A stretch of DNA of 64,000 nucleotides from Candidatus Cloacimonadales bacterium. Its GTDB lineage: Bacteria; Cloacimonadota; Cloacimonadia; Cloacimonadales; JAIOQZ01. The notes below the pieces were generated by a model that ran no database searches, was not told the DNA's origin, and saw only the letters and a program-made list of their open reading frames with translations. A program made the position numbers and the translations under genes. Below, piece by piece: positions 50,564 to 60,545 of this stretch. The DNA lies in NCBI GenBank assembly GCA_963674825.1, contig OY771587.1, forward strand, positions 2,976,001 through 3,040,000, read 5' to 3'. The stretch's first letter is position 1; each line of letters begins with the position of its first letter.

Positions 50564-51162
50564 TGCTTACTCCTCTTCAGTGATTTCTTACCCGATTCCT
50601 TGGAGAAGCAGTCTACCTGGAAACGGATAATATCCGTATCTTTCTCTTTGTCACGGCGATACTGTTCGTAATAGATTTCAGGGAAGTCAGAGCTGATCTG
50701 TTCATTCTGTTTCAGATCTTCGATGAACTTATCGATCAGGCTGTATTCCTTTACGTCTTTATCGACCTGTGTGATGCCGTAAAGCGTCAGGATGCCACGC
50801 TTGAACTGGAAATGGGTAATCGCGATCTTGTCACTGGTCTTTTCAGCCAGCGCTACCAGTTTCTTTGCCCAGAAGATACGGTTCTTACTGACATCCGCGA
50901 TCTTGCTCAGGTCTTCAGAAGAAAGGTAGTCACCACTCGATTGTGTCGCTTCGATACGGTCGTCGATTTCCTTGAGGAAGTCTTTTCTCGCCTTGATTTT
51001 GTCGTCCATACGCATTTGAACGTAGTAAACGAACCCATACATGATGGCGGAGATGACCACAAAGCTGATGATCGAGTTGATGAACGTCTTCTTTTCTTGC
51101 TCCATTTTGAGCTTCAGTTCCCCGAAGCGGTTCAAGTTGATTTTGAAATACATTTGCGTCAT
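50560..51162 (-). CDS. pilN: Type IV pilus alignment protein PilN
   Basis: N-terminal INL motif, TM, coiled coil; synteny. Confidence 0.75.
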   Translation of the reverse strand: MTQMYFKINLNRFGELKLKMEQEKKTFINSIISFVVISAIMYGFVYYVQMRMDDKIKARKDFLKEIDDRIEATQSSGDYLSSEDLSKIADVSKNRIFWAKKLVALAEKTSDKIAITHFQFKRGILTLYGITQVDKDVKEYSLIDKFIEDLKQNEQISSDFPEIYYEQYRRDKEKDTDIIRFQVDCFSKESGKKSLKRSKQ

Positions 51163-51171
51163 ATTCCACTC

Positions 51172-52239
51172 CTATTCCGGCCGCATGGCCAATCCAAGCG
51201 CCAGGGCCAGTTGGGGGTCTTTTTTGTCCTTGAACTTCTCCGGCATCTCCAGATTTGTGTACGGGCTGTACACTTCCGTTTCGATATTCAGGGTTTCCTG
51301 AATATATTCGGGAAGTCCCTTCAACTTCGCGGAACCGCCAATCAGGAGGACCTTACGGAAGTCGCTATTTCCTGCTTCCTTGACGTAGAAGCGAAGTGAT
51401 CTGCGAACTTCGAGTGTGATCTGTTCCTGGGTGGATTTCTCGGAAATGTCGAGCATCTGAAGGGTTGTGTCCACTTTCTTTGCTTCTTCAACGATTCCGT
51501 GCTCGATTTTGTAGTCCTCCGCTTCACTAAAGCTGATATCTTTCTTTGCCATGATATCGCGAGTGAAGTTGTAACCACCCCATGGGATGTCACGAGCGAA
51601 GAACTTCGACTTGGGACCGTAAACCACCATATTGGTCTTGTGTCCACCAATGTTGAGAATAATGTAAGTACCATCCTCCACGAAGGTATTGAGGGCAAAC
51701 GCATTTGCCACACCAAGTGCCTCGATATCGACGATTCCCGGTGATAACTGGGCATCCGTCAGGATATCCGTATGCTCTTTGAGCAGGGACTTGGTTGCTG
51801 CTGCGAGAAGGATGTTCATGTTGTTGGTCTGTTCTTCCACGCTGAGTACCTGGAAATCGAGCAGCATTTCACTACCGCTGATAGGAAGGTGCTTCTTTGC
51901 TTCAAAGAACAGGGCCGATTCAAGTTCTTCCTCCGGAAGGAAGATGGTCTTGATTTGTTTGATACTCGTGTTGTCGCCGCCGATTGAAGACACAAGACGT
52001 TTCACGCGTTTAGGACTGATCTTCAGCGATTTCAGCATTTCGATCAATACTGGGGCGAAACGTTCCCTGCGTAGATCGGACGGGACATACTCGACTCCGG
52101 AAGGAACCGTAGGCCGGATCTCGTAGTTCAGCAGCTTAAAGCCTTCGTGCAGTTTTTTAAGATGCACGAGCTTGATGCTGTGACTGCCGATATCCACACC
52201 GATGGATTCCCTGAACCTTGTTTTCTTCTGCTTAGCCAT
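51172..52239 (-). CDS. pilM: Type IV pilus alignment protein PilM
   Basis: IGVDIGSHSIK, LNIGG, LIGGSA, ALGLAMR (actin-like). Confidence 0.92.
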   Translation of the reverse strand: MAKQKKTRFRESIGVDIGSHSIKLVHLKKLHEGFKLLNYEIRPTVPSGVEYVPSDLRRERFAPVLIEMLKSLKISPKRVKRLVSSIGGDNTSIKQIKTIFLPEEELESALFFEAKKHLPISGSEMLLDFQVLSVEEQTNNMNILLAAATKSLLKEHTDILTDAQLSPGIVDIEALGVANAFALNTFVEDGTYIILNIGGHKTNMVVYGPKSKFFARDIPWGGYNFTRDIMAKKDISFSEAEDYKIEHGIVEEAKKVDTTLQMLDISEKSTQEQITLEVRRSLRFYVKEAGNSDFRKVLLIGGSAKLKGLPEYIQETLNIETEVYSPYTNLEMPEKFKDKKDPQLALALGLAMRPE

Positions 52240-52282
52240 AGTACCTCTTTTCTATGTTAATCTTCGAAATTTATTAATATGA

Positions 52283-54121
52283 TCAGAAGCTCCGGGGCGG
52301 AATAATGTAACGATATGCCACTTCTTCGAGCGGAGCCTGACCCCCTTCTAAATGTACCTCAGGATAATCCGGAGGAGGATTTTCTATAAAACGATTGTCA
52401 TATCGATAATCCTTGTCGTAACCTATTCCGCTGCCGTCTGCGCCAGGTGCATTCACGCCAACGACAGGCAGCTCGCCAAAGCGATACTGATCAATATCCC
52501 AGTATCCGTTATCCTGGTCAGCGTTACCACTTCGGTGGACAAACCCTCTGCATCTCTGAGCGACGGATCCCCAGATAAAGATGTTTCCTCTTTCAAGGTA
52601 GGGGACTTCCTCGGGCCATATGGGATTGTACCAAGGGTAATCGAGTCGATTGCTTGCAAACCCAATACCTTCGGCAGTATTGGAAGGCCAGGGCCACCTG
52701 TGGCTCGGAAGATCGGGCGGATATTTTCCAAGATGAAGGTCGATGAATGAGTAACCGCCCTGATCAACAGTGGAACGATGCGGGAACTGGTATTCAAATG
52801 TGAAGATACCGTCAAGATGATGATCTCCGTCACCATCGCCCATTGCGCACATGGCTGCATAGATCATGATGCCGGGGTAGATGCTGTCCACATCCAGCGT
52901 TCCGCAATTAGGTTGCAACCGCTCCAAAGTATATGGATGTTTGTATCCATAGCCAACATATATGCTTTTTTCTGAGACGATACCGACAAAGTCCCGGGTG
53001 TTTTCCGCGCTTTCGTCGGAACCATCTGGTGGTGTTCCGGGGGTCGTGCCCGTCAAGGTGATATCGTCAACAAGATAGATATCATCTGAGCATCCCCAAG
53101 TCTGTGCTCCCGTAAATTTACCTTTGAGCCAGAGCTCCGTGTAGATCATGACCGAGCCTTCGCCCATCGTCCAGTTGTGCGGGCCTGTCCATACCGTATC
53201 CACGAATGTGACCATGTTGGTATTGATCTGGTTGCCTACAGGTCCGTAGGGCGGGTAGTTGTCATAAACAGGTATTTCAGTCGGCTCAGCATTTGAAATG
53301 ACTTGTCCGACATAATAAGTAACATTCATACCGTTTACTTCGCAGTAAAGGATATCGGTTGTTGCCCAGTTAGCCGGGAAATTCTGGCCATTTGCACGAA
53401 TAAGATCGGCTGTTGGTGAAAAGATGACAGAAAGCGCTTCTTCTTTCCATCCGTTGAGGAACAGCTCTTCATAATCGGGCTCATAGGGTTCGAAAACAAA
53501 GTTGCCGTGTGACGTAACCCGTTCGTGAAACAATGGCCAGCTACCGCCAGTGCGCTTGAAGTGAATGTCTGTATTGCTGTGGACTTTTCCCCAGAGAACG
53601 TCTTGACCATAGAACCATACTTCTGTTCCGAAAATGGACATATCCGTATCGGTAAAGTACATATAACCGGCGAGTGTCTGCGTTGCATAGGTCCTCTGTG
53701 CTGCCGTTTGCACAGGAGACAAATCTTTGTCACTGTAATAGGTGACTGTGTTCGCAGGTCTGCGGAACGTTTTTGCATTCGCAATAATCGATTTGCGGTT
53801 TCTCGTCGTTGCTGCCGTACCGATCGAGTTGCGAGACAGCTTCGTTTTGATTGCATGAGTCGACTTGGTCAACCCCGAATTGATCTGTATTTCCCTGATA
53901 GGAAGCGTTGTGTTGTTGTAGCCGCTACCCATAAAGGTCGTTGCGACAAGACCACGCGTCATCTCTGCACGAATCAGGTGGAGCTGCTGGATCTCATCCA
54001 GGTGATAGGTCGTAAAGACAGTGTCTCGGCTTGCAATCGAGCTAAAGACTAATCCAGAAACAGCGGCGAAGACCATAAGCACAACCGATATTACAATATT
54101 TCCATTTTCCTTTTTCAGCAT
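52283..54121 (-). CDS. Large PilX-like minor pilin, paralog 3
   Basis: KENG/NIVISVVL leader; YMYFTD..WFYGQD..GKVHSN; GIVSEK; GYDKDYRYD.RF...PPPDYP. Confidence 0.75.
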   Translation of the reverse strand: MLKKENGNIVISVVLMVFAAVSGLVFSSIASRDTVFTTYHLDEIQQLHLIRAEMTRGLVATTFMGSGYNNTTLPIREIQINSGLTKSTHAIKTKLSRNSIGTAATTRNRKSIIANAKTFRRPANTVTYYSDKDLSPVQTAAQRTYATQTLAGYMYFTDTDMSIFGTEVWFYGQDVLWGKVHSNTDIHFKRTGGSWPLFHERVTSHGNFVFEPYEPDYEELFLNGWKEEALSVIFSPTADLIRANGQNFPANWATTDILYCEVNGMNVTYYVGQVISNAEPTEIPVYDNYPPYGPVGNQINTNMVTFVDTVWTGPHNWTMGEGSVMIYTELWLKGKFTGAQTWGCSDDIYLVDDITLTGTTPGTPPDGSDESAENTRDFVGIVSEKSIYVGYGYKHPYTLERLQPNCGTLDVDSIYPGIMIYAAMCAMGDGDGDHHLDGIFTFEYQFPHRSTVDQGGYSFIDLHLGKYPPDLPSHRWPWPSNTAEGIGFASNRLDYPWYNPIWPEEVPYLERGNIFIWGSVAQRCRGFVHRSGNADQDNGYWDIDQYRFGELPVVGVNAPGADGSGIGYDKDYRYDNRFIENPPPDYPEVHLEGGQAPLEEVAYRYIIPPRSF

Positions 54122-54142
54122 AGCTTCTACCTTGTTTTCGGG

Positions 54143-55981
54143 TTAAAAATTTCCAGGTGATTCGACAAAATTGTACGACACCTCATGATACGCGTTGCTA
54201 AAGTTTCCACGCTTCACCGGCGGAAAGTCCGGCGGTGGGCATGTTTGAAATCTATAGTCATAGTGATAATCTTTGTTATACCCGCTAGCACCGACGCTTG
54301 TCGTTCCATTGATGGATTCGCGTCCCCAGGCATGGTTTCCATACACAAAGTTATCCATATCCCAGTATTCACTCGAATCCATCGGGTCGCTACCGCTTCT
54401 ATGCGTGAATCCACGGCGAACCTGGGCGACTGATCCGTACAGATGGATCGTTCCGCGCATTCTGATCGGTTCTTCTTCCGGCCAGAGCGGGTTATAGAAG
54501 GGATAATCCGGAGCATAGTCATCGCCCGTCACGCCACTATAGATGGCGCGATTCACCGGCATGGGCCAGAGCTGATCACCTTGCGGCGGGTACCAGCAAA
54601 CATGAAGGTCAGGATACTCGTAGGTTACACTAAACTCCGTATAGGTTGGCGTGCTGTGATGCGTGTATTGATACTGATATGTGAATACACCGTTGCGTTG
54701 CGATGTTTCATCGCCATCTCCCAGCGCGCAGAGCGCTGCGTAGATGTTGATGTCGTCGCAGTTGTAATGTCGACGATGGCCGCCTTCATATTCATCGCTC
54801 AGTCCGTACTGGATATAAATCGATTTCTCCGACACGATTCCCATATAGTCGATCGTATTCATCGGTGCATCGTCAGAACCATCCGGATTTTCGCCCACTG
54901 GTGTATTCTGATAGATGATATCATCGACAAGGTAGATATCTTTCGAGCTACACCATGTCTGAGCGCCAGAAACGGTGCCCTTGATCCAGAGTTCATGCGG
55001 GACAAACACCGAGCTTCCGGTCGGGACAAGACCGGAAGGCCCTTTCGACCACAACGTATCGTAGAACGTGACCTTGTTAATTCCGATCGAGTCGCCGATT
55101 TCGCCCATCGGGGGATAGCTATCGTAAACGATATAAGGTACTGCTTCGGTTTCATAGACATCTCCGAACAAGACGTCGTACGATAATCCCATCAATCTAA
55201 CATATACGATCCTCTTCGGGCTGTTTGCCTGTTCGAGGAAAGGTCTTAGTCCATTACGTCGGATTTCTTCGGCGCGGTTATTGAAAATAATCTCGCGAGC
55301 ATTCTCTGTGTAACCACTAAGGAACACTTCGTCTTCGTCAGGAGGCCCACCAAAATACCGGATCTGGCCTGCCGTGCTTACATGGTCGTGGAATACAGGC
55401 CAGCCAAAATAGCTTTTCAGCCAGATATCCGTATTACTGTGCACTCTTCCCCATATCTCATCGCTTCCGTAAAAATAGATATAGTCGTTATTAACGGATG
55501 CGTTGGTTTTTGTTAGGTCCGAGAATGATGCGTATGTTTCAGCTGTGTAGGTTCTGATCGCGCTACACTCCACGGGGCATTTCTTGTGCGATTTATTGTA
55601 ATCCGCAAGGGATGCCGGGCATTGGAACGTCTTTGCTGTTGAAATCACCTGATGAAGCGTTCCATGGTAGTCCGATCCGTTGTCCCTGACGCACCGAATT
55701 TCGGTTTTGAGAGCATAGGTCGTTTTCGATGCACCGTTGTCCATCTCGATTTTACGGATGGGCAACGCACCGTTATCATTATTGGTAGACATTTTCAGCA
55801 TACCCTGGAATCCCCGGAGAATCTCGGAGCGAACCATGTGGGTTTGTTGTACTGCATTAAGCTGGTAGTTTGTGAATACACAATCACGGTTTGCTATCGA
55901 CGTGAAAACAATACCTGAAACCGCAGCCATCACGACGATGACCATGGATATCAAAACGTTTCCATTATCCTTTTTCAGCAT
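54143..55981 (-). CDS. Large PilX-like minor pilin, paralog 2
   Basis: KDNG/NVLISMVI leader; same conserved blocks as its neighbours. Confidence 0.75.
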   Translation of the reverse strand: MLKKDNGNVLISMVIVVMAAVSGIVFTSIANRDCVFTNYQLNAVQQTHMVRSEILRGFQGMLKMSTNNDNGALPIRKIEMDNGASKTTYALKTEIRCVRDNGSDYHGTLHQVISTAKTFQCPASLADYNKSHKKCPVECSAIRTYTAETYASFSDLTKTNASVNNDYIYFYGSDEIWGRVHSNTDIWLKSYFGWPVFHDHVSTAGQIRYFGGPPDEDEVFLSGYTENAREIIFNNRAEEIRRNGLRPFLEQANSPKRIVYVRLMGLSYDVLFGDVYETEAVPYIVYDSYPPMGEIGDSIGINKVTFYDTLWSKGPSGLVPTGSSVFVPHELWIKGTVSGAQTWCSSKDIYLVDDIIYQNTPVGENPDGSDDAPMNTIDYMGIVSEKSIYIQYGLSDEYEGGHRRHYNCDDINIYAALCALGDGDETSQRNGVFTYQYQYTHHSTPTYTEFSVTYEYPDLHVCWYPPQGDQLWPMPVNRAIYSGVTGDDYAPDYPFYNPLWPEEEPIRMRGTIHLYGSVAQVRRGFTHRSGSDPMDSSEYWDMDNFVYGNHAWGRESINGTTSVGASGYNKDYHYDYRFQTCPPPDFPPVKRGNFSNAYHEVSYNFVESPGNF

Positions 55982-56028
55982 AACCAGCTCCTTGTTGCTG
56001 TGTGTGAAACTGTCTATTCTTGCTTCTA

Positions 56029-57891
56029 TTAGAATCCTGAGGGCGGCCTCTTGATCTTCATCGCTACGTGCTGGAACTGACCAGCCTTACCGCGAATATT
56101 AACGGCAGGAAAGTCTGGCGGCGGATTTTCCATGAAGCGATAGTCGTAGTGATATGCCTTGTCATAACCTGTAGCACCAGTACCAAGAGCTCCGTTGATG
56201 GTCTCGCGTCCCCATGCATATCGCCCATAAACATAGTTATCCATGTTCCAGTAATCTGCGGTATCGAGCACATCGCTACCGCTACGACGGACGTGACCGC
56301 GACGCACCTGTGACAAGCCACCGAATAGATGGATCGTACCTCTGAGGCGGATCGGTTGAGTTTCCGGCCATAATGGGTTATACCATGGATAGTCGGGCGG
56401 TCTCTGGTCTCCGGTAAAGGCCGCGTAAAGGCCACGATTCACGGGAGTAGGCCAGAAGGGTGAGACAGTGGGCGGATACCAGCACAAGTGAAGGTCCGGG
56501 TAAGTGAATACCTCATTGCCAGCCAGTACGTTTGGCGTGCTGAAATGTGTGTACTGATATTCGAAGGTAAACTGACCGTCTTCGTGTGGCTCACCTTCTC
56601 CATCGCCCAGCGCGCAAAGAGCGCCGTAAATGTATATGTCTTCGCAATTGTAGTGATGACGCAGTGAGTCGGCCATCATATCGCGAATACCGTATTGAAT
56701 AAAAATTCGTTTCTCGGAAACAATACCGAGATAATCGACCGTATTGAGCGGGTCGCCGTTATCGCCATCGGGCGCTTCACCGGGGTCGGTATTGGCATAA
56801 ATGATGTCATCGACAAGGTAGATGTCCTTAGCGCAGCCCCAAGTCTGTGCGCCGTAAACAGAACCTTTCAGCCAAAGAGTATCATAGCAGAAAACCGATG
56901 TTCCTGACGGGATATTGCCCGAGTTTCCATAGACCCAGGTAGTATCGACAAAGGTGATGACATTGTAGCCAAGGGAGTCGCCGACAGCGCCGAAAGGCGG
57001 GTAGTTATTGTAAACATAAAGTGTTTCTGGCTGTGGCGGGTAAGATTTTTCATGAATATCGCCAAACATGACGTTATAAATCGTTCCATCGATTTCGACA
57101 TAGACGATTTCGTGTGTATCCGATTCTGCATCGCCGAAGGGTTTCATCGCGTTCTGGCGAAGGAGGTCGGCTGTTGGGTTGAACTCGATCCAGCCTGCTT
57201 CTTCAGTGTAACCGTCAAGGTACACTTCGTCTTCATCAGGGGTACCCCCAAAGTACTGCATATGTCCAGCCGTACTCACATGGTCGTGGAATACCGGCCA
57301 ACCCGAGAGGTTCTTGAGCCAGATATCGGTGTTACTGTGTACGCGCCCCCAAAGTTCGTCGTTACCGTAGAAATAGACCGGGTCCTCGTTCACCGATTCG
57401 TCGGTGTTGGTCAGATACATGTAGCCAGCGAAGGTTTCCTGCTGGAGAACGCGTTCACCGTATTTCTCGATGGGGGATTTATTTTCCGTTCCGTAGTAAC
57501 TGGTATAGGACGGAGTAGAGCGGAAACCTTTTATTTTGGATCTGATGATGCGTTTGTTTGCTAAATTGAGTCCGGAAGAGGTTGTGTATCTGCCTAATTG
57601 TGTTTTCATAGCATAGGTTGTCGTGGCAAAGCCGTGATTAACCTGCACTTTTTTAATAGGCAAAATGTATTGATCCGCGGATCCGGTGTACTCCTGGTTT
57701 GTGCGTATTCCTCTGGAAACTTCGGAACGAAGCCAGTGCAATTCTTGTGTTGAATCCAGCGACATTAATGTCGAGGTCGCATCACGAGAAGCGACAAGTG
57801 ACAACGTCAGGCCGGATATTACAGCAAGGATCGCGATAAGGATCGAGATCGCAAGGTCTCCTCGCTGATTTCTGAGTAATTTCATCCACAT
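56029..57891 (-). CDS. Large PilX-like minor pilin, paralog 1
   Basis: NQRG/DLAISILI leader; GRVHSNTD, DIYLVDDI, YHYDYRF...PPPDFP. Confidence 0.75.
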   Translation of the reverse strand: MWMKLLRNQRGDLAISILIAILAVISGLTLSLVASRDATSTLMSLDSTQELHWLRSEVSRGIRTNQEYTGSADQYILPIKKVQVNHGFATTTYAMKTQLGRYTTSSGLNLANKRIIRSKIKGFRSTPSYTSYYGTENKSPIEKYGERVLQQETFAGYMYLTNTDESVNEDPVYFYGNDELWGRVHSNTDIWLKNLSGWPVFHDHVSTAGHMQYFGGTPDEDEVYLDGYTEEAGWIEFNPTADLLRQNAMKPFGDAESDTHEIVYVEIDGTIYNVMFGDIHEKSYPPQPETLYVYNNYPPFGAVGDSLGYNVITFVDTTWVYGNSGNIPSGTSVFCYDTLWLKGSVYGAQTWGCAKDIYLVDDIIYANTDPGEAPDGDNGDPLNTVDYLGIVSEKRIFIQYGIRDMMADSLRHHYNCEDIYIYGALCALGDGEGEPHEDGQFTFEYQYTHFSTPNVLAGNEVFTYPDLHLCWYPPTVSPFWPTPVNRGLYAAFTGDQRPPDYPWYNPLWPETQPIRLRGTIHLFGGLSQVRRGHVRRSGSDVLDTADYWNMDNYVYGRYAWGRETINGALGTGATGYDKAYHYDYRFMENPPPDFPAVNIRGKAGQFQHVAMKIKRPPSGF

Positions 57892-57965
57892 AGTTTCTCC
57901 AGGGAATTTACCTCAAACACAGTCCACGAGCTCTGTGTTCGGTTTTGTTTTTTTTCATTATGTTC

Positions 57966-58559
57966 TTATCTAACTTTGATTTTGGTTTCGAAATGAACGC
58001 TTTGCACTTTGTCATCGCCGACATCCATCTCCGCGTCTAGCTCGACTCCCCACAGTCTTTCTCTTGTGCCGTCGAGGTTGACAAACCGCAGATCGGTAAC
58101 GGTAATATCATCCGCATGTTCAACGGGGAAGAGTATTGTCGGGGTTGATGGTGAGTAGTTTCCATATTTGTAGCGTGCCTGAACGTTGCGATCGACCGGA
58201 TCATAGGAGAATTCGACGTAATCACCAGTATGGATCGTCTCTGTACCTTTGAAGATACAGCGTAACGTCCGATATTCACCTGGTGCAATCTGATCGGAAT
58301 ACTTTGTTGTATCTGCGACCATGATTCCCATGAATTCACCGTCGTCCGACCCTTCGATAATCATACCGTGTTTGAATGTGTGCATCAGGTCGAAGGCGTC
58401 GTTCTGCAGATCGGCATACATATTCAGCTGGCTGAATTTCACAAAAAAGACCATCATTCCGACGCCGGCCATGAAGATCATTATGCCTGTTATGGTCATC
58501 GCGATGATCAATTCGATCAGCGTAAAACCTTGGTTATTAGAACATTTCAAATCAAACAT
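57966..58559 (-). CDS. Minor pilin (PilW-like)
   Basis: QG/FTLIELIIAM prepilin motif. Confidence 0.8.
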   Translation of the reverse strand: MFDLKCSNNQGFTLIELIIAMTITGIMIFMAGVGMMVFFVKFSQLNMYADLQNDAFDLMHTFKHGMIIEGSDDGEFMGIMVADTTKYSDQIAPGEYRTLRCIFKGTETIHTGDYVEFSYDPVDRNVQARYKYGNYSPSTPTILFPVEHADDITVTDLRFVNLDGTRERLWGVELDAEMDVGDDKVQSVHFETKIKVR

Positions 58560-58561
58560 CC

Positions 58562-58993
58562 TTAGATTTCACGGAAGTAGTCTTCACGCAACGTTATTTT
58601 TCGGGTTTCATTATCGGATGGATTCTTCCAGGTAACGGTTACTTCGACTGCATAATACATCATGGAGGCGAATCCGGTCGAACTGTCCGTATCACTCCAG
58701 TCGTTCATGGTCATCGTACCGTTCAGTCTGTGGTTTCCATCTCTATCCAATGTTACTGTGCGAGTTAGGAATCGGTCGGGTTCACTGTAAATCTCTATCT
58801 GGAGCATCTGATAATCCAGCTCGCCGGAAGCGTGCAGGATAGCGACCCTGTTGTGGTAATTATCCACCAGGGTCGCCTCCGCATACACTATTCCAATATA
58901 GAGTCCGATGAAAGCGACCAAAATGATCACACCTTCCATCAGAACAGAGATCAGGGTAAAACCGCCATCCGATTTAAGAATGGGTTTACGCAT
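58562..58993 (-). CDS. Minor pilin (PilV-like)
   Basis: GG/FTLISVLM; C-terminal VEVTVTW. Confidence 0.7.
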   Translation of the reverse strand: MRKPILKSDGGFTLISVLMEGVIILVAFIGLYIGIVYAEATLVDNYHNRVAILHASGELDYQMLQIEIYSEPDRFLTRTVTLDRDGNHRLNGTMTMNDWSDTDSSTGFASMMYYAVEVTVTWKNPSDNETRKITLREDYFREI

Positions 58994-60048
58994 CAAAAGC
59001 CAACTCCAGTTACGAACATTTTGTCGTTATCTGCTACGCGTTCCGCAACGGAACGATCGAGCAGGCCGTTCATCACCAAGTTGTACAGGGATTGATCGCG
59101 AGACTGCATACCTTCTTTGGTTCCAGACTGGATCACGGAAGGAATCTGATAAGTCTTCTCTTCACGGATCAGGTTTCGAACCGCAGCGTTAGCAATCATG
59201 ATTTCAATCGCAGGAACGCGTCCTTTACCATCCTTTTTCTGAAGCAGTGTTTGAGCGACGACCGCCTCCAGAGATTCGGAAAGCATCGAACGAACCTGAG
59301 CCTGTTGCTCTTTGGGATACATATCGATTACACGGTCAATGGACTTGGTGGCGCTGCTGGTGTGCAGTGTCGCCAGAACCAGGTGACCGGTTTCAGCCGC
59401 AGTGAGAGCAAGTGAGACCGTTTCCAGGTCGCGCATTTCACCAACCAGGATGACATCCGGGTCTTCACGAAGCGCAGAACGAAGCGCCGCCACGAACGAC
59501 CATGTGTCCCTTCCCAGCTCACGCTGGTTGATCAGAGAGTTCTTACTCTTGTGTACGAACTCGATCGGGTCCTCAATGGTAATAATGTGGCAGTACCGGT
59601 TCTCGTTGATCGTGTCGATCATGGATGCGAGCGTGGTCGATTTACCGCTACCGGTAGGTCCTGTAACCAGGATCAGCCCTTTTTCCTTCATTGCAAGTTT
59701 GCGAAGGATGTCGGGAAGGAACAATTCCTCAAAGGATTTCACTTCATTGGGAATAACGCGGAAAGCCGCGGCAAGCCCGTTGATCTGATGAAAAGCGTTT
59801 ACACGAAAACGCACTTCGTTGTCGAGCTTTGTCGAGAAGTCCAGCTCCAGTTTCTCTTTGAAGATCGCCCGTTGGGATTCGTTCATGACTCCGAAGATCA
59901 GGTCTTCAACTTCTTTCTGCGACAGTTTCGGCAGGTTGAGAGGCTTCATGAGCCCGTGAACCCGCACCATCGGTATCGAATCCGTACTGATATGAAGGTC
60001 AGATGCCCCCGCGTCAGATGTGAATTCGAGCAGTTTTTGTATTGTCAA
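58993..60048 (-). CDS. pilT: Type IV pilus retraction ATPase PilT
   Basis: ASDLH, TGPTGSGKSTT, EDPIE, LREDPD, GEMRD, AETGH, AVRNLIRE. Confidence 0.96.
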   Translation of the reverse strand: MTIQKLLEFTSDAGASDLHISTDSIPMVRVHGLMKPLNLPKLSQKEVEDLIFGVMNESQRAIFKEKLELDFSTKLDNEVRFRVNAFHQINGLAAAFRVIPNEVKSFEELFLPDILRKLAMKEKGLILVTGPTGSGKSTTLASMIDTINENRYCHIITIEDPIEFVHKSKNSLINQRELGRDTWSFVAALRSALREDPDVILVGEMRDLETVSLALTAAETGHLVLATLHTSSATKSIDRVIDMYPKEQQAQVRSMLSESLEAVVAQTLLQKKDGKGRVPAIEIMIANAAVRNLIREEKTYQIPSVIQSGTKEGMQSRDQSLYNLVMNGLLDRSVAERVADNDKMFVTGVGF

Positions 60049-60063
60049 GAAAGCCCCCTGTGG

Positions 60064-60486
60064 TTATTCTTCCTCGTCATCCGAGTACTGGTCAACACCC
60101 CAGCCATAGAAGTAAGCTTCTTCTACGTCGTAGGAGACCTGATGGCCTTCGCCTGCCGGATGGTCAGCGGTAGAGGTGGCAACATACTTTTTCGGCGGGT
60201 TGCCAACAACTTCGAATTCCCAGTTCATTGTGGTAGATTCACCAAGTTTACAGTCTTTCAGCGCTTCTTCAACGGTGTAATCGTCGGTATTTCCAAATTT
60301 CTGCTTTTGGATGTTATAGGCATTACGGATTGCGCGAATTGCTGATTGAGGCTCAGTTGCACGAGCTTGTTCCACATAACGCATATAAATAGGTACCGCG
60401 ATGGCCGCAAGGATCGCCACGATAATAACGACAACAAGGATCTCAATAAGAGTAAATCCTTTTTGGGTTTTCAGGAACTTTGACAT
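60064..60486 (-). CDS. pilA: Major type IV pilin
   Basis: KG/FTLIEILVVVIIVAILAAIAVP; strong AAGGAGG RBS; first gene of the operon. Confidence 0.88.
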   Translation of the reverse strand: MSKFLKTQKGFTLIEILVVVIIVAILAAIAVPIYMRYVEQARATEPQSAIRAIRNAYNIQKQKFGNTDDYTVEEALKDCKLGESTTMNWEFEVVGNPPKKYVATSTADHPAGEGHQVSYDVEEAYFYGWGVDQYSDDEEE

Positions 60487-60528
60487 TTTTCCTCCTTAGA
60501 TTTGGTTTTCTATGTCGTGATTCTGTTT

Positions 60529-60545
60529 TGCAAATAGTATTCCAA
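60529..60545 (-). promoter_or_regulatory. Putative sigma54 (-24/-12) promoter of pilA
   Basis: Minus strand TTGGAATACTATTTGCA = TGG-N10-GC with TTGCA, about 43 nt upstream of the ATG. Confidence 0.65.

Noticed and set aside
52283..57891. Shufflon or DGR-type diversification of the three large pilins
   Set aside because: All three are full-length, in the same orientation and diverged at silent sites; no recombinase, reverse transcriptase or near-identical template repeat seen
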